64,000 nucleotides of DNA from Kiritimatiellia bacterium (lineage in GTDB: Bacteria; Verrucomicrobiota; Kiritimatiellia; RFP12; UBA1067), in contig JAZTWW010000046.1 in the NCBI GenBank assembly GCA_045636065.1, positions 1,489-65,488 of the forward strand, given 5' to 3'. How positions within the stretch are numbered: position 1 is the first letter of the stretch; every line of letters begins with the position of its first letter. Positions 37,516 through 46,506 of this stretch are shown here, piece after piece. The notes under the pieces were generated by a model. It was not told the DNA's origin. It made no database searches and saw nothing but the letters and a program-made list of their open reading frames with translations. Made by a program: the position numbers and the translations under genes.

Positions 37516-38346
37516 TCAGAATCCGAAATACTTGAGCATCTTGACGATGAACGCCTTGAGCTCGGGACGCCTCACGACCTTGTCGATGAAGCCGTGCGCC
37601 TCAAGGTACTCCGCGCTCTGGAAGTCCTTGGGGAGCTTCTGGTGGATCGTGTTCTCGATGACGCGCCTGCCGGCGAAACCGATAAGGGCCTTGGGCTCGG
37701 TGATGTTGATGTCGCCAAGCATCGCGTAGCTAGCGCTGACGCCGCCGGTGGTCGGGTCCGTGAGGACGCTTATGTAAGGAAGCCCGGCCTCCTTGAGGCG
37801 GCCTATGGCGGCGCTCGTCTTCACCATCTGCATGAGCGAGAGGATGCCTTCGTGCATTCTCGCGCCGCCCGAGGCGGAGCAGATGATGAGCGGACGGCGT
37901 TCGGCTATCGCCTTCTCGGCGGCGCGCGCGATGCGCTCGCCCGTTCCCGAGCCGAGGCTTCCGCCCATGAACGCGAAATCCATTACGCCGATCATCACGG
38001 GGATCGAATCCATCGTGGCCGTGCCGGTCACTATGGACTCCGTCTCGCCGGTCTTCTTGATCGTCGCCTCGACCTTCTCCACGTAGGGGCCGGTGGCATC
38101 GTGGAACTTGAGGTGGTCGGAGTACGTCACTTCGCGGAAGCACTCCTCGAACGAGCCTTCGTCCGCGAGGAGCGCGATCCTTGCCCTGGCGCCGATGCGC
38201 CCATGGTAGTCGCAGTCCGGGCAAATCGAGCCGTTAGCCTTCCATACGTCGTTCGGCACGTAGCGCTTGCATCTCGGGCATACAGTCCAAAGCGCCTTTG
38301 TCGGCGGTATCTTCGCCGGTTGATCGCTCTTCTGAAACCAGGCCAT
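37516..38346 (-). CDS. accD: acetyl-CoA carboxylase carboxyltransferase subunit beta
   Basis: Carboxyltransferase beta subunit: N-terminal zinc ribbon CPRCKRYVPNDVWKANGSICPDCDYH, then MDFAFMGGSLGSG. Confidence 0.9.
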   Translation of the reverse strand: MAWFQKSDQPAKIPPTKALWTVCPRCKRYVPNDVWKANGSICPDCDYHGRIGARARIALLADEGSFEECFREVTYSDHLKFHDATGPYVEKVEATIKKTGETESIVTGTATMDSIPVMIGVMDFAFMGGSLGSGTGERIARAAEKAIAERRPLIICSASGGARMHEGILSLMQMVKTSAAIGRLKEAGLPYISVLTDPTTGGVSASYAMLGDINITEPKALIGFAGRRVIENTIHQKLPKDFQSAEYLEAHGFIDKVVRRPELKAFIVKMLKYFGF

Positions 38347-38402
38347 ATTGAAGAAACTCCTCTTTTTGCAGAAACCGTTACCCTCCCCGAAGGAGGAGTG
38401 GA

Positions 38403-38415
38403 TATTATACCAAAT
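38403..38415 (-). promoter_or_regulatory. extended -10-like promoter motif (TTTGGTATAATAT)
   Basis: Plus-strand tattataccaaat in the accD upstream intergenic region, ~58 nt from the ATG. Confidence 0.45.
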
Positions 38416-38445
38416 TTGAGGGCAGGAGTCAAAAAGCCGCGGGCG

Positions 38446-40596
38446 TCAGCCGCCGCGAAGGAGGCGAGCCTCTTCGTCGCGGTTGAGGACCTCGACGAGA
38501 TAGGGGCCGTGCGGGCCGCGGTGGAAAAGGCCGTGAACCGCCTCGGGGCCATCCGATGCGATGACGTTCTTTATGAGAGCCACCATCGCCTTCGTCACCC
38601 TGAGCCCCGGCAGGAACACCGGGATCCCCGGCGGATAAGGGACGAGGAACTGCGAGGCGATCCGCCCTTCGGACTCCTCGATCGAAACGAGTTCGCCGTC
38701 GCAGAGCGCCGCCGCGTGCGGGAGTACCGCTATCTGCCCCGAGACAGCCGCCGAGACGCCCGCCGACGCACCCGCCGCATCGGGCCTTCCGATAAGCCCC
38801 TTCAAGCTTCGGCAGATCCTCAGGAGATACTCGAAATGCTCCTCCTCCGTGCCGGCCGTCACGAGGAAGAGGATCGTCGTCGCCGTGGCCTTCTCCCACT
38901 GGATATGGGCCTTCAGGAGGGCGTCCTTGAAAGTCTGGCACGCCTTGGCGCTTTTGAGCATCAAGACGATCTTGAGGGGGTCTTTCATGTACCCTTCGCC
39001 GCGCCAGTCGTAGCCGGGTGCGGCTATCTCGGAGAGGTCCGCGAACACGTCGCGCTCCTCCCTCTGGCATATCTCGGCGACGCGCCGCCTGAAGGCCCGC
39101 ACCCATCTCAGCCTCTCGTCGACGACCCTAAGCCCCTCAAGGCGCATCTGGACGCCCGCGATGTCGAGCGTAGCCATGAACGGGTACAGCGGACTCGTCG
39201 AATGCCAGTACCTGAGGATCTCGTGGAAGTCGTGGCTGAACTTCTCGTAGCTTCCTCGTCCGTGCAGGGAGAACCTGCGCCTGAGCCAGCGGAAGCCGGG
39301 GTTCGCGTCCTCTTCGAGAAGCTGCTTGAACCTGCTCGAAACGTGGATCATCGAAGCCTGCGAGAACGCGGCCAAGGTCTTGTGCGTCGACTGCACGGCG
39401 AAGTGCGCGCCCGCAAACGGGTTGATCGCGTTGTACCTCACGGGGTCGTCGTCATCGGTGTAGTGGATGTACTCTGGATGGAACGAGAGGTATGCGGCCC
39501 ACGCCTCGTCGGCGTAGAAGAGGACGCCCGCGCGCTCGCACATCTCGCCTATCTTCCATACGGGATAGAGGATGCCCTCGTAGGTGCATGTGGTGAGGAT
39601 GAGAAGCCTCGGGCTATCGCCCTGCGGTACGGCGGGGAAGAGTTCGCGGCGTATGTCCTCAAGCGCGACTGGGCCCCATACGCCAAGCCTTGCGTTGTAC
39701 ATCGCCGGGAGATAGCGCGGCACCGCGCCCGACATCGCTATCGCGTGGTGGACGCTCTTGTGGCAGTTCCTGTCGACGAGAACGGTCTCGCCCGGCCTAA
39801 GGAGCGTCTGTAGCATCGCCTTATTTGAGGTGCTCGTCCCGTTGGTCACGTAGCAGCTCTGCGCCGTACCGAATATCTCGCTCGTCAGCTTCTGCGCGAG
39901 CGACAGGGGCGAATGCGCCTCGGGGGACGAAAGATCCCCAAGGCTCTCCACGCTCACCGAAAGGTCCGTCCTGAATATCTCGCCAGAGAACGCCTGCCTG
40001 AAGCCTTTGAGGAAACTCGACGAGGCGAACGCGCGCCCGCCGTTGTGCCCGGGCGTATGCCAGTTGGCGCCGCCCCTGTTGCGCACGTACTGCCTGAGCG
40101 CAGTCCAGAAGCGCGGCATCCAGAAGCTCTTGAAAAGGTGCACGAGCCTTTCGTGGTGGCGCTCGGGGTGGACGAAGACCTCGATCGACTTCTTCGTCCA
40201 GCGGCGCTGCGGCATCGCGTGCGCGGCGTGGCCGGGCCACGTGACGAGAACGCGCGGAAGTGCCGGGAAGTAGGCTCTAAGCCAGGTGCGGAGCGGAAGA
40301 TCCTCGACGTACGAGTCGATAAGCGCGTCGTCAACGAGGAAAAGGCATGCGCCCTGCCCGTCCTCGGTAAGGCCCTGCGATTCGTCACCGCCAATGAAGA
40401 GCGCGTTCTCAAGCTCCGTCGCGCTCGACGCCGCAACGAGCTTGAGGGCCGGATAGTCGAGCCGCTCTATCGTGTCGAACGTCTCGCGGCAGAAATCCGA
40501 GAAGGCGTCCGAAAGCCCGGACTCCATCTGCGGAAGGATTTTCGCGTCCTTCTCCCCTGTCTTGTGGAGATAGAAGACGGTCAGGTTCGCGGACAT
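38446..40596 (-). CDS. Orn/Lys/Arg decarboxylase family (large fold-I PLP enzyme)
   Basis: 716 aa with PLP-lysine motif STHKTLAAFSQASMIHV. LdcI/AdiA-like size and wing domain. Confidence 0.75.
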   Translation of the reverse strand: MSANLTVFYLHKTGEKDAKILPQMESGLSDAFSDFCRETFDTIERLDYPALKLVAASSATELENALFIGGDESQGLTEDGQGACLFLVDDALIDSYVEDLPLRTWLRAYFPALPRVLVTWPGHAAHAMPQRRWTKKSIEVFVHPERHHERLVHLFKSFWMPRFWTALRQYVRNRGGANWHTPGHNGGRAFASSSFLKGFRQAFSGEIFRTDLSVSVESLGDLSSPEAHSPLSLAQKLTSEIFGTAQSCYVTNGTSTSNKAMLQTLLRPGETVLVDRNCHKSVHHAIAMSGAVPRYLPAMYNARLGVWGPVALEDIRRELFPAVPQGDSPRLLILTTCTYEGILYPVWKIGEMCERAGVLFYADEAWAAYLSFHPEYIHYTDDDDPVRYNAINPFAGAHFAVQSTHKTLAAFSQASMIHVSSRFKQLLEEDANPGFRWLRRRFSLHGRGSYEKFSHDFHEILRYWHSTSPLYPFMATLDIAGVQMRLEGLRVVDERLRWVRAFRRRVAEICQREERDVFADLSEIAAPGYDWRGEGYMKDPLKIVLMLKSAKACQTFKDALLKAHIQWEKATATTILFLVTAGTEEEHFEYLLRICRSLKGLIGRPDAAGASAGVSAAVSGQIAVLPHAAALCDGELVSIEESEGRIASQFLVPYPPGIPVFLPGLRVTKAMVALIKNVIASDGPEAVHGLFHRGPHGPYLVEVLNRDEEARLLRGG

Positions 40597-42360
40597 CTAT
40601 CTGCGCTCCTCTTTCTCCTTTGCGAAGAATCTTTCCCAGCGCGGTATGTACCAATCGCGGATAAGCTCGGGGTATTCGCGGTTGGCGTAGTCGGAAAGCG
40701 TGGTGACGCCGTACTTGGGGTCGGTCCATGTGGTGATCATGCGCCTCAGGGCCTTGACTCCGCGCTCGCCTGCGCGGCGGCGGGCCTTCGCCTCGTAGGT
40801 GGAGAGCCTGAAAGCGGTGGGGACGTTGTCGGGGTTGGGGGCCATGATCTTCGCCATCTCGATGAAGTTGACTCTCGCCTCGGGATGGGCCTTGAGATCG
40901 GGAGCGATGGCGCGCAGCCTGTCCGCGCCGATCTGGCGAGTAAGGTCGAATATGTCGTACGCCATGTTCTCGAGCTCCGGCCCTTCAGGGATCGCCCCGT
41001 CGGCGATGCGCTCTTTAAGTACGGCCAAAAGCGTCTCGATCGCATCGTGGAGCTTCCAGGGCTCGTACCAGATTCCGAGCTTGGGGCCCCATGTGCTTAC
41101 GCTATCGACGTCCCATGCGGGCTCGGCGCAGATGACGTTCTCGACGGCCCCCTCCTGGCAGCGGGGGCAGGCGTAGACGGTATTCTCGAGTATGTGCCAC
41201 GCATCGAAGGCGCGCGTATCGCCGAAGCCGTAGCGGTTCGCGACCCAGGTGTGCAGCCAGTTGCGAAGCTCGCGCGCCGTCATTTCGCTTCCTTTGGGGC
41301 GCATCATCATCTCCTCGAAGAGATCGTAGCAGACGGGATTTGTGAAGAGGCCCTCGGAGAGCAAGCCGTATCCCCTGAACGTCTTGGCGCCCGGGCCCTT
41401 CGCGGCGCGCCCGAGGCGCGAGAAGGTCTTGAGGTTTCCGTAGAGGCCATTGTTGCCGCCGAAGTTGAGGACTTCGCACCATACCCAGGGAAGATCGCCG
41501 AACTCGATCTTGCAGACGGAATCCTCCGCGTCGAATGCGGACATGTCCTTTACCAGCGCCTCGACGAGCGTGAAGCGAGGATCTAGCCCGGCGCGCACCT
41601 CCTTTGTCGGGTTGGCCTGCCATGCCTGGACGACCCAGGTGACGCCAGGGAACGCCGCCTGCTGCGCGGCCTGCACGGCCTTCGTGGCGGCGGTGACGTC
41701 TATGCCGCCCGACTTGCCGCCTTCGTGGAAGAGGTCGCCTGCAAGGTACTTCGGCTTTATGCCGTACACCTTTTCTAGGTTCCTGTGCCAGATCGCGGCG
41801 ACCTTGGCGTATTCGGCGCCGGTGGGGTCGAGGATCGGCGGGCGTTCGTAGACGCTCCAGAGCCCCTGCGGGATGGTTCCCGGGTGGGCGAGCGGCATCA
41901 TGCCGGTGTATCCCTGGAGGATCGGCTCGATGCCGCGGCGCCTCATCTCGGCGGCGAGCCATCTGCCGCGTTCGCCGTCCTCGTCGACGGTCGCCTGGTC
42001 GAGCGGGCCGCCTTCGCCCGTCAGGTTGCCCATGAGCCACCACGCCCTTGCACATTCATCGGGAAGGAAGTCGAAGATCTCCTTGTCGCCGTAGCCGAGC
42101 TCGCGCAGCGTAAGCTCCCAGACCTTGAACGTGCCGTCCGTAAGGAGCGCGACATTGTATCCGGCCTTTTCTAGGCGGTCGAGCTCACCGGTCCATTCCT
42201 CGCGGCTGTAGAACGCGAAAGTGTACGAGAGCGTGCAGTAGTTGTACGCGATCCTTATAGGCGCGGGCCCTTCCTCCGCAGGCGGAGCTACAGGCGCAGA
42301 CGGCGTTTCGGTCGCGGCCACCGCCGCAGCCAGCATTGTCCCCCAAAGTGAAATTCTCAT
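40597..42360 (-). CDS. secreted alpha-N-acetylglucosaminidase (GH89, NAGLU-like)
   Basis: Signal peptide MRISLWGTMLAAAVAAT. NAGLU tim-barrel-like body with conserved motifs YNVALLTDGTF and NFGGNNGLYG. Confidence 0.75.
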   Translation of the reverse strand: MRISLWGTMLAAAVAATETPSAPVAPPAEEGPAPIRIAYNYCTLSYTFAFYSREEWTGELDRLEKAGYNVALLTDGTFKVWELTLRELGYGDKEIFDFLPDECARAWWLMGNLTGEGGPLDQATVDEDGERGRWLAAEMRRRGIEPILQGYTGMMPLAHPGTIPQGLWSVYERPPILDPTGAEYAKVAAIWHRNLEKVYGIKPKYLAGDLFHEGGKSGGIDVTAATKAVQAAQQAAFPGVTWVVQAWQANPTKEVRAGLDPRFTLVEALVKDMSAFDAEDSVCKIEFGDLPWVWCEVLNFGGNNGLYGNLKTFSRLGRAAKGPGAKTFRGYGLLSEGLFTNPVCYDLFEEMMMRPKGSEMTARELRNWLHTWVANRYGFGDTRAFDAWHILENTVYACPRCQEGAVENVICAEPAWDVDSVSTWGPKLGIWYEPWKLHDAIETLLAVLKERIADGAIPEGPELENMAYDIFDLTRQIGADRLRAIAPDLKAHPEARVNFIEMAKIMAPNPDNVPTAFRLSTYEAKARRRAGERGVKALRRMITTWTDPKYGVTTLSDYANREYPELIRDWYIPRWERFFAKEKEERR

Positions 42361-42387
42361 GATCCCTCTCCTTTCGCAGATGTGCGG

Positions 42388-42400
42388 ATATTATAACATA
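42388..42400 (-). promoter_or_regulatory. extended -10-like promoter motif (TATGTTATAATAT)
   Basis: Plus-strand atattataacata ~30 nt upstream of the GH89 ATG. Confidence 0.4.
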
Positions 42401-42426
42401 TTCACGAACAGTATAGCTAGAATATT

Positions 42427-42888
42427 TCACAGCCATCGCATCAAGGCGCAGAATGACTTGAGCCAGGAGAGCTCGCGGCGGCGCATGCGGGAATAGTCGC
42501 CGGGGGAATTGTCGTCCGCGCCGGAGAGGTGGTCCATCCCGTGGGCGATGTAGAGAAGGAGCTCCTTCTCGCGGCTCCATGTGCGCCTTGACGGGGCCGC
42601 GCGCACGGCCTGGTCGAAGTTTATGAATAGTTCGCCGTAGAGCCCCGGCTCCTCCGGCGGTATCGCGTCGTACGCCTGGGTTATCGCGTCGGTTGGGCCG
42701 TCGATCCCCATGATGGCCACATGCGCCTCGGCAGATCTCCTGTCATCGACGAGATGGACCACAACTTCGCGCCATACGGCCTTGACGCGCGCCGAGGAGC
42801 GCGCGGCGAACATCTCCGCCGCGGCCTTCAGTTCGCGACGCGTAATCTTGAAAGAGGCGGGAAGCCTACCTTCGATCATTATGTCCAT
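42427..42888 (-). CDS. ybeY: rRNA maturation endoribonuclease YbeY-like
   Basis: 153 aa with IAHGMDHLSG metal-binding region. Located downstream of uvrC. Confidence 0.6.
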   Translation of the reverse strand: MDIMIEGRLPASFKITRRELKAAAEMFAARSSARVKAVWREVVVHLVDDRRSAEAHVAIMGIDGPTDAITQAYDAIPPEEPGLYGELFINFDQAVRAAPSRRTWSREKELLLYIAHGMDHLSGADDNSPGDYSRMRRRELSWLKSFCALMRWL

Positions 42889-42889
42889 T

Positions 42890-44359
42890 TCACTTCTCCC
42901 CCGCCGCAGAGGCGGATATGCGCTTCACCTCTTTCGCAAGCTCAAGCCCGATCCCGGCGACGGCTGCGATCTCCTCGGCAGTGCGCCTTGCAATCGATCT
43001 CACGCTGTGGAACGCCTTTAGAAGCGCCGCCTTCTTCGCGGGGCCTATCCCCGGAATCTCGTCGAGGGCGCTTTCGCGGATCGTCCTCTCCCTGAGCGCG
43101 CGGTGGTACGTTATCGCGAAGCGGTGGGCCTCGTCCCTCAAGCGCGTCACCACCATAAGGGCCTCGGAGTCGCGCGGGAGAAGGATGCTTTCGCGCCCGT
43201 CGTCGAGGACAAGCTCCTCCATGCGCTTGGCTAGGCCGATCGCAGGGATGTCGCCCACGCCTATCTCCGCGAACGCGGCGCGGGCTGCCCTGAGCTGCGT
43301 TATGCCGCCGTCGCATATGTAGAGGTCGGCGCGCGGGCTTTTGGGGGCGATCGTCGACTCGGGGCCGTAGCGGCGCGCGACGACCTCGGCCATGGCACGC
43401 GGATCGTCCGCGCCCTTGAACGTCTTTATCCTGAAGTGCCTGTACCACCTGCCGTCCGGGAGACCGTCCACGGCGACGACGAGGCTAGCGACGTTGTGCG
43501 TGCCGAAAAGGTTTGAGATGTCGACGCATTCGATCACCTTCGGCGGGGCCTTGAGACCGATTGCGGCGGCAAGCTCCTCTATGCCTTTCAAGGCCGCCGC
43601 GCGCTTCATTTCGGGCGTGCGCCTTACGAAGTGCGCCTTTGTCATCTCCTTCAGGGCGAAGATCGTGTCCCTTAAGCGCGCGGCCTTCTCGAAGTCTGAC
43701 GCGGCCGCCGCGGCGCGCATGTCGCCGTCGAGCTCGTGGATGACGCCAGGGCGCTCGCCGCGGAGGAACGCGCAGGCCTCGTCGAAGCGCGCGCGGTAGT
43801 CCTCCTTAGAGACGCGCCCGAGGCAGGGTGCGGAGCAGGTGCGGATCACGTCGGCGAGGCAGTGGGTGTGGGACTCGGCATCGGGCAAGAGGTCGGCGCA
43901 TGACCTCAGGCCATAGCGCTTCTCGACGAAGTCCTTGGCGGCGCGCACGACGGGCGCGCTTGGGAAAGGCCCGAAATAGACGGCGCCGTCGTCGCGGACG
44001 ATGCGGCATGTGCGAAGCGCGGGGTAGTCGATGCCGGGATCGGCCCTGAGCGCCAGGTAGCGCTTGTCGTCGCGCATCAGGATGTTGAAATGCGGCTTGT
44101 ACTTCTTTATGAGGTTGGCCTCGGTGAGAAGCGCTTCGGCCTCGTTTCTGACGGTCATGAATTCGAGGTCGGCGACCGAGTTGACCATCGAGCGCACTTT
44201 CGGGGCAAGGTCGGCGCGGGGCCTGAAGTACGAAAGGACGCGCCGCCTGAGGTTCTTGGCCTTGCCCACATAGATTATGACGCCCCGGCGGTCGCGCATC
44301 ATGTAGCAGCCGGGGCGGTTGGGAACGGACTTTAGCCGCTCCTCGACCTCAGGGGTCAA
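42890..44359 (-). CDS. uvrC: excinuclease ABC subunit C (short form)
   Basis: GIY-YIG N-terminus GCYMMRDRRGVIIYVGKAKNLRRR, UvrB-interacting FEKAARLRD, and C-terminal HhH GIGPAKKAALL. Confidence 0.85.
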   Translation of the reverse strand: MTPEVEERLKSVPNRPGCYMMRDRRGVIIYVGKAKNLRRRVLSYFRPRADLAPKVRSMVNSVADLEFMTVRNEAEALLTEANLIKKYKPHFNILMRDDKRYLALRADPGIDYPALRTCRIVRDDGAVYFGPFPSAPVVRAAKDFVEKRYGLRSCADLLPDAESHTHCLADVIRTCSAPCLGRVSKEDYRARFDEACAFLRGERPGVIHELDGDMRAAAAASDFEKAARLRDTIFALKEMTKAHFVRRTPEMKRAAALKGIEELAAAIGLKAPPKVIECVDISNLFGTHNVASLVVAVDGLPDGRWYRHFRIKTFKGADDPRAMAEVVARRYGPESTIAPKSPRADLYICDGGITQLRAARAAFAEIGVGDIPAIGLAKRMEELVLDDGRESILLPRDSEALMVVTRLRDEAHRFAITYHRALRERTIRESALDEIPGIGPAKKAALLKAFHSVRSIARRTAEEIAAVAGIGLELAKEVKRISASAAGEK

Positions 44360-44544
44360 GCGTCGCCTTTCGGCTTGCCTGAGCCGTCCCCGTCAGACGT
44401 CTCCTTCTCGCCCTCCTTCATGCCCTTGGAGAATTCGCTCTTGGCCTTGCCGAGCGAACGCGCGAGTTCGGGAAGCTTCTTGCTTCCGAAAAGGAGGATG
44501 ATTATTATCGCAAGTATAAGAATCTGCCAAGGTCCGCTGAACAT
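44356..44544 (-). CDS. tatA: twin-arginine translocase subunit TatA/E
   Basis: 62 aa with an N-terminal TM helix ILILAIIIILLFGSKKLPELARSLG followed by a charged tail. Confidence 0.8.
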   Translation of the reverse strand: MFSGPWQILILAIIIILLFGSKKLPELARSLGKAKSEFSKGMKEGEKETSDGDGSGKPKGDA

Positions 44545-44589
44545 GTCTTTAGTCTCCTTTGTTTTTTGATGGGGCTACGGGTGAGAGGT

Positions 44590-45747
44590 CTATCTGACCT
44601 TCATGAAAAGCGTGAAAAGAAGCGGGATGAGAAAAAGCTGCAGGAGTGTGAAGCGCATGAGAACCTGGGCGTTCGACCACTTGAGGTTGCGCTTGCAGTG
44701 GTCGTGCAGCGGGCACCTTACGGCCCACGCGGCGCGCACGAGGAAGTTCTGCTTCATGCGCTCCTCCTCGGTAAGCTCCATGGAGGGCCTGACGTCCGCG
44801 CCCATCTTCTTGAAGCTCCTGAGAAGGACGAGCTTCGCGAGCCCCGCGCCGCCGTTGACGATGACGACGGGCATGAATGCGACGATGAGGAAAGGGTTGC
44901 CGGTTGCAAGGGCGCCAGCGCCCGCGAGAAGCCCGAGGAAGCGGCTTCCGGCATCGCCCATAAGGACCTTGGAGGGCTCGGCGTTCCACCAGAGGTAGCC
45001 GGCGAAGGCGCCTGCGGATGTCATGAGCATGACGGACCATCTCGCCGCGCAGCGCGATGCCGTGCCGCCGACGTCGATCAGGAAGTAGTGGGCGGTCCGC
45101 GTGTTGCCGATCACAAGGTAGAGTACGGCCGCAAGGCAGACGAGCGTAACCATCGTGAGGGTCCCCGCGAGGCCGTCGACGCCGTCAGAGCAGTTGGTGA
45201 CGTTCATTATGTACCAGAGGAAGAACGCCGCGGACGGGATGTACACGTACCACGGAACGGCGAGCATCCCTTTCCAGAAGGGAAGCCATACTCTCGCGTA
45301 CTCAAGCTGCCCCGTGCCCTTGACCATGCCGATATAGAGGCATGCGGCGACGCCTATCGCGGCGACGGCGTCGAGGAGGCCCTTTCTGAGCTGCCCCCAC
45401 GGCACTTCGGCGCGGTCGTCGAGGTATCCGCAGACCATGGCGACGAAAAGGAAGAAGATCGCCCCTAGCTCGGCGAGCGTCCACGGGACGACGAGGAGGT
45501 ACACCGGAAGCGCAAGGAGCGTCACGATGAATCCGGCGCCGGTATGCTTACCCTCGCTCTTCATGCCGTCCTTGCCGAGGATGGCCTTTCCGTGGTCCTT
45601 GGGGAGACGGTGCCAGAGGCGCGGCAGCATGCGCTGGACGAGAAGCGCCGTTCCCAACGTGCCAACGGCCATAAGAAACGCATTCGATCCGAAAAGCCTC
45701 AATGGACCCCAGAATCCGGCGAGCTGTTGTGATATACTGGAAAGCAT
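44590..45747 (-). CDS. MraY/WecA-family polyprenyl-phosphate sugar-1-phosphate transferase
   Basis: Motifs NVTNCSDGVDGLAG and MGDAGSRFLG with multiple TM helices. ATG at 45747 preceded by GGAGG. ORF-track TTG start at 45759. Confidence 0.7.
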   Translation of the reverse strand: MLSSISQQLAGFWGPLRLFGSNAFLMAVGTLGTALLVQRMLPRLWHRLPKDHGKAILGKDGMKSEGKHTGAGFIVTLLALPVYLLVVPWTLAELGAIFFLFVAMVCGYLDDRAEVPWGQLRKGLLDAVAAIGVAACLYIGMVKGTGQLEYARVWLPFWKGMLAVPWYVYIPSAAFFLWYIMNVTNCSDGVDGLAGTLTMVTLVCLAAVLYLVIGNTRTAHYFLIDVGGTASRCAARWSVMLMTSAGAFAGYLWWNAEPSKVLMGDAGSRFLGLLAGAGALATGNPFLIVAFMPVVIVNGGAGLAKLVLLRSFKKMGADVRPSMELTEEERMKQNFLVRAAWAVRCPLHDHCKRNLKWSNAQVLMRFTLLQLFLIPLLFTLFMKVR

Positions 45748-45765
45748 CTTTTCCTCCAAGGGACA

Positions 45766-45780
45766 TATTATACCATATTT
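45766..45780 (-). promoter_or_regulatory. extended -10-like promoter motif (TATGGTATAATAT)
   Basis: Plus-strand atattataccata ~20 nt upstream of the 45747 ATG. Confidence 0.45.
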
Positions 45781-45792
45781 GCGCCGGCAGTT

Positions 45793-46506
45793 CTAGAGGC
45801 GATTTATCAAGGCGGATGCGAAGGCGGGGACGGGGGTCTCGAAGGACATTTCGCGGCCGTCGTGCGGATGGAGGAACTTAAGCCGCCATGCGTGGAGGCA
45901 CATGCGCTTGGCGCCTTTGGCCGCGGGATTGTACTTCTCGTCCCCGACGACCGGGTGCCCGGCATCCTTGAACTGGACGCGGATCTGGTTGCGCCTGCCG
46001 CTTTTTAGGGCCACCCTCACAAGACTGTTGCCTTCCGGTGTCACGGCGACGAGCCGCCACTCGGTGCGGGCGAACTTGCCCTTGGACGGATCGGCGACGC
46101 TTCTCACGTAAAGATCCTCGTCCTCGGCGAGATAGCTCTCGAAAACGCCCTCCTCGCTCTCCATGCGCCCCTCGACAAGCGCAAGATACTCCTTCCAGGT
46201 GATCTCGTTCCAATGGCTGCGGAAGTACTGCTGCACCTCCTCGGTCTTGGCGACCATCATCACTCCGCTCGTCTCCCTGTCGAGCCTGTGGACGAGATAC
46301 ACCTTGAGCCGGCTCTTGAGCTGCCCCTTGCGCACATAGTCGCCAAGCATCGACTCGACGCTTCTCGTCTCGCCGCGCCTCGTTGGGCAAGTAAGGATGC
46401 CCGCCTCCTTCTCGACGACTATTACGTCCCTGTCCTCATACATTATCTCCACACCCCTCATCCTGCGCGACTTCGACCCGCCGCGCAGACCTGATCCGTC
46501 TTTCAT
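45793..46506 (-). CDS. RluA-family pseudouridine synthase
   Basis: Catalytic motif HRLDRETSGVMMVAK. Confidence 0.85.
   Translation of the reverse strand: MKDGSGLRGGSKSRRMRGVEIMYEDRDVIVVEKEAGILTCPTRRGETRSVESMLGDYVRKGQLKSRLKVYLVHRLDRETSGVMMVAKTEEVQQYFRSHWNEITWKEYLALVEGRMESEEGVFESYLAEDEDLYVRSVADPSKGKFARTEWRLVAVTPEGNSLVRVALKSGRRNQIRVQFKDAGHPVVGDEKYNPAAKGAKRMCLHAWRLKFLHPHDGREMSFETPVPAFASALINRL

Noticed and set aside
33314-41586. Very long plus-strand ORFs (e.g. 33314-34651, 36479-37729, 37462-39813, 39913-41586, 54142-55239, 57681-58826) in the GC-rich half
   Set aside because: They lie antisense to minus-strand genes with unambiguous family motifs (hemC, accA, accD, decarboxylase, GH89, rplS/rpsP, CaCA). 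Their products are Arg/Ala/Pro-rich low-complexity strings typical of stop-codon-poor GC-rich antisense frames.
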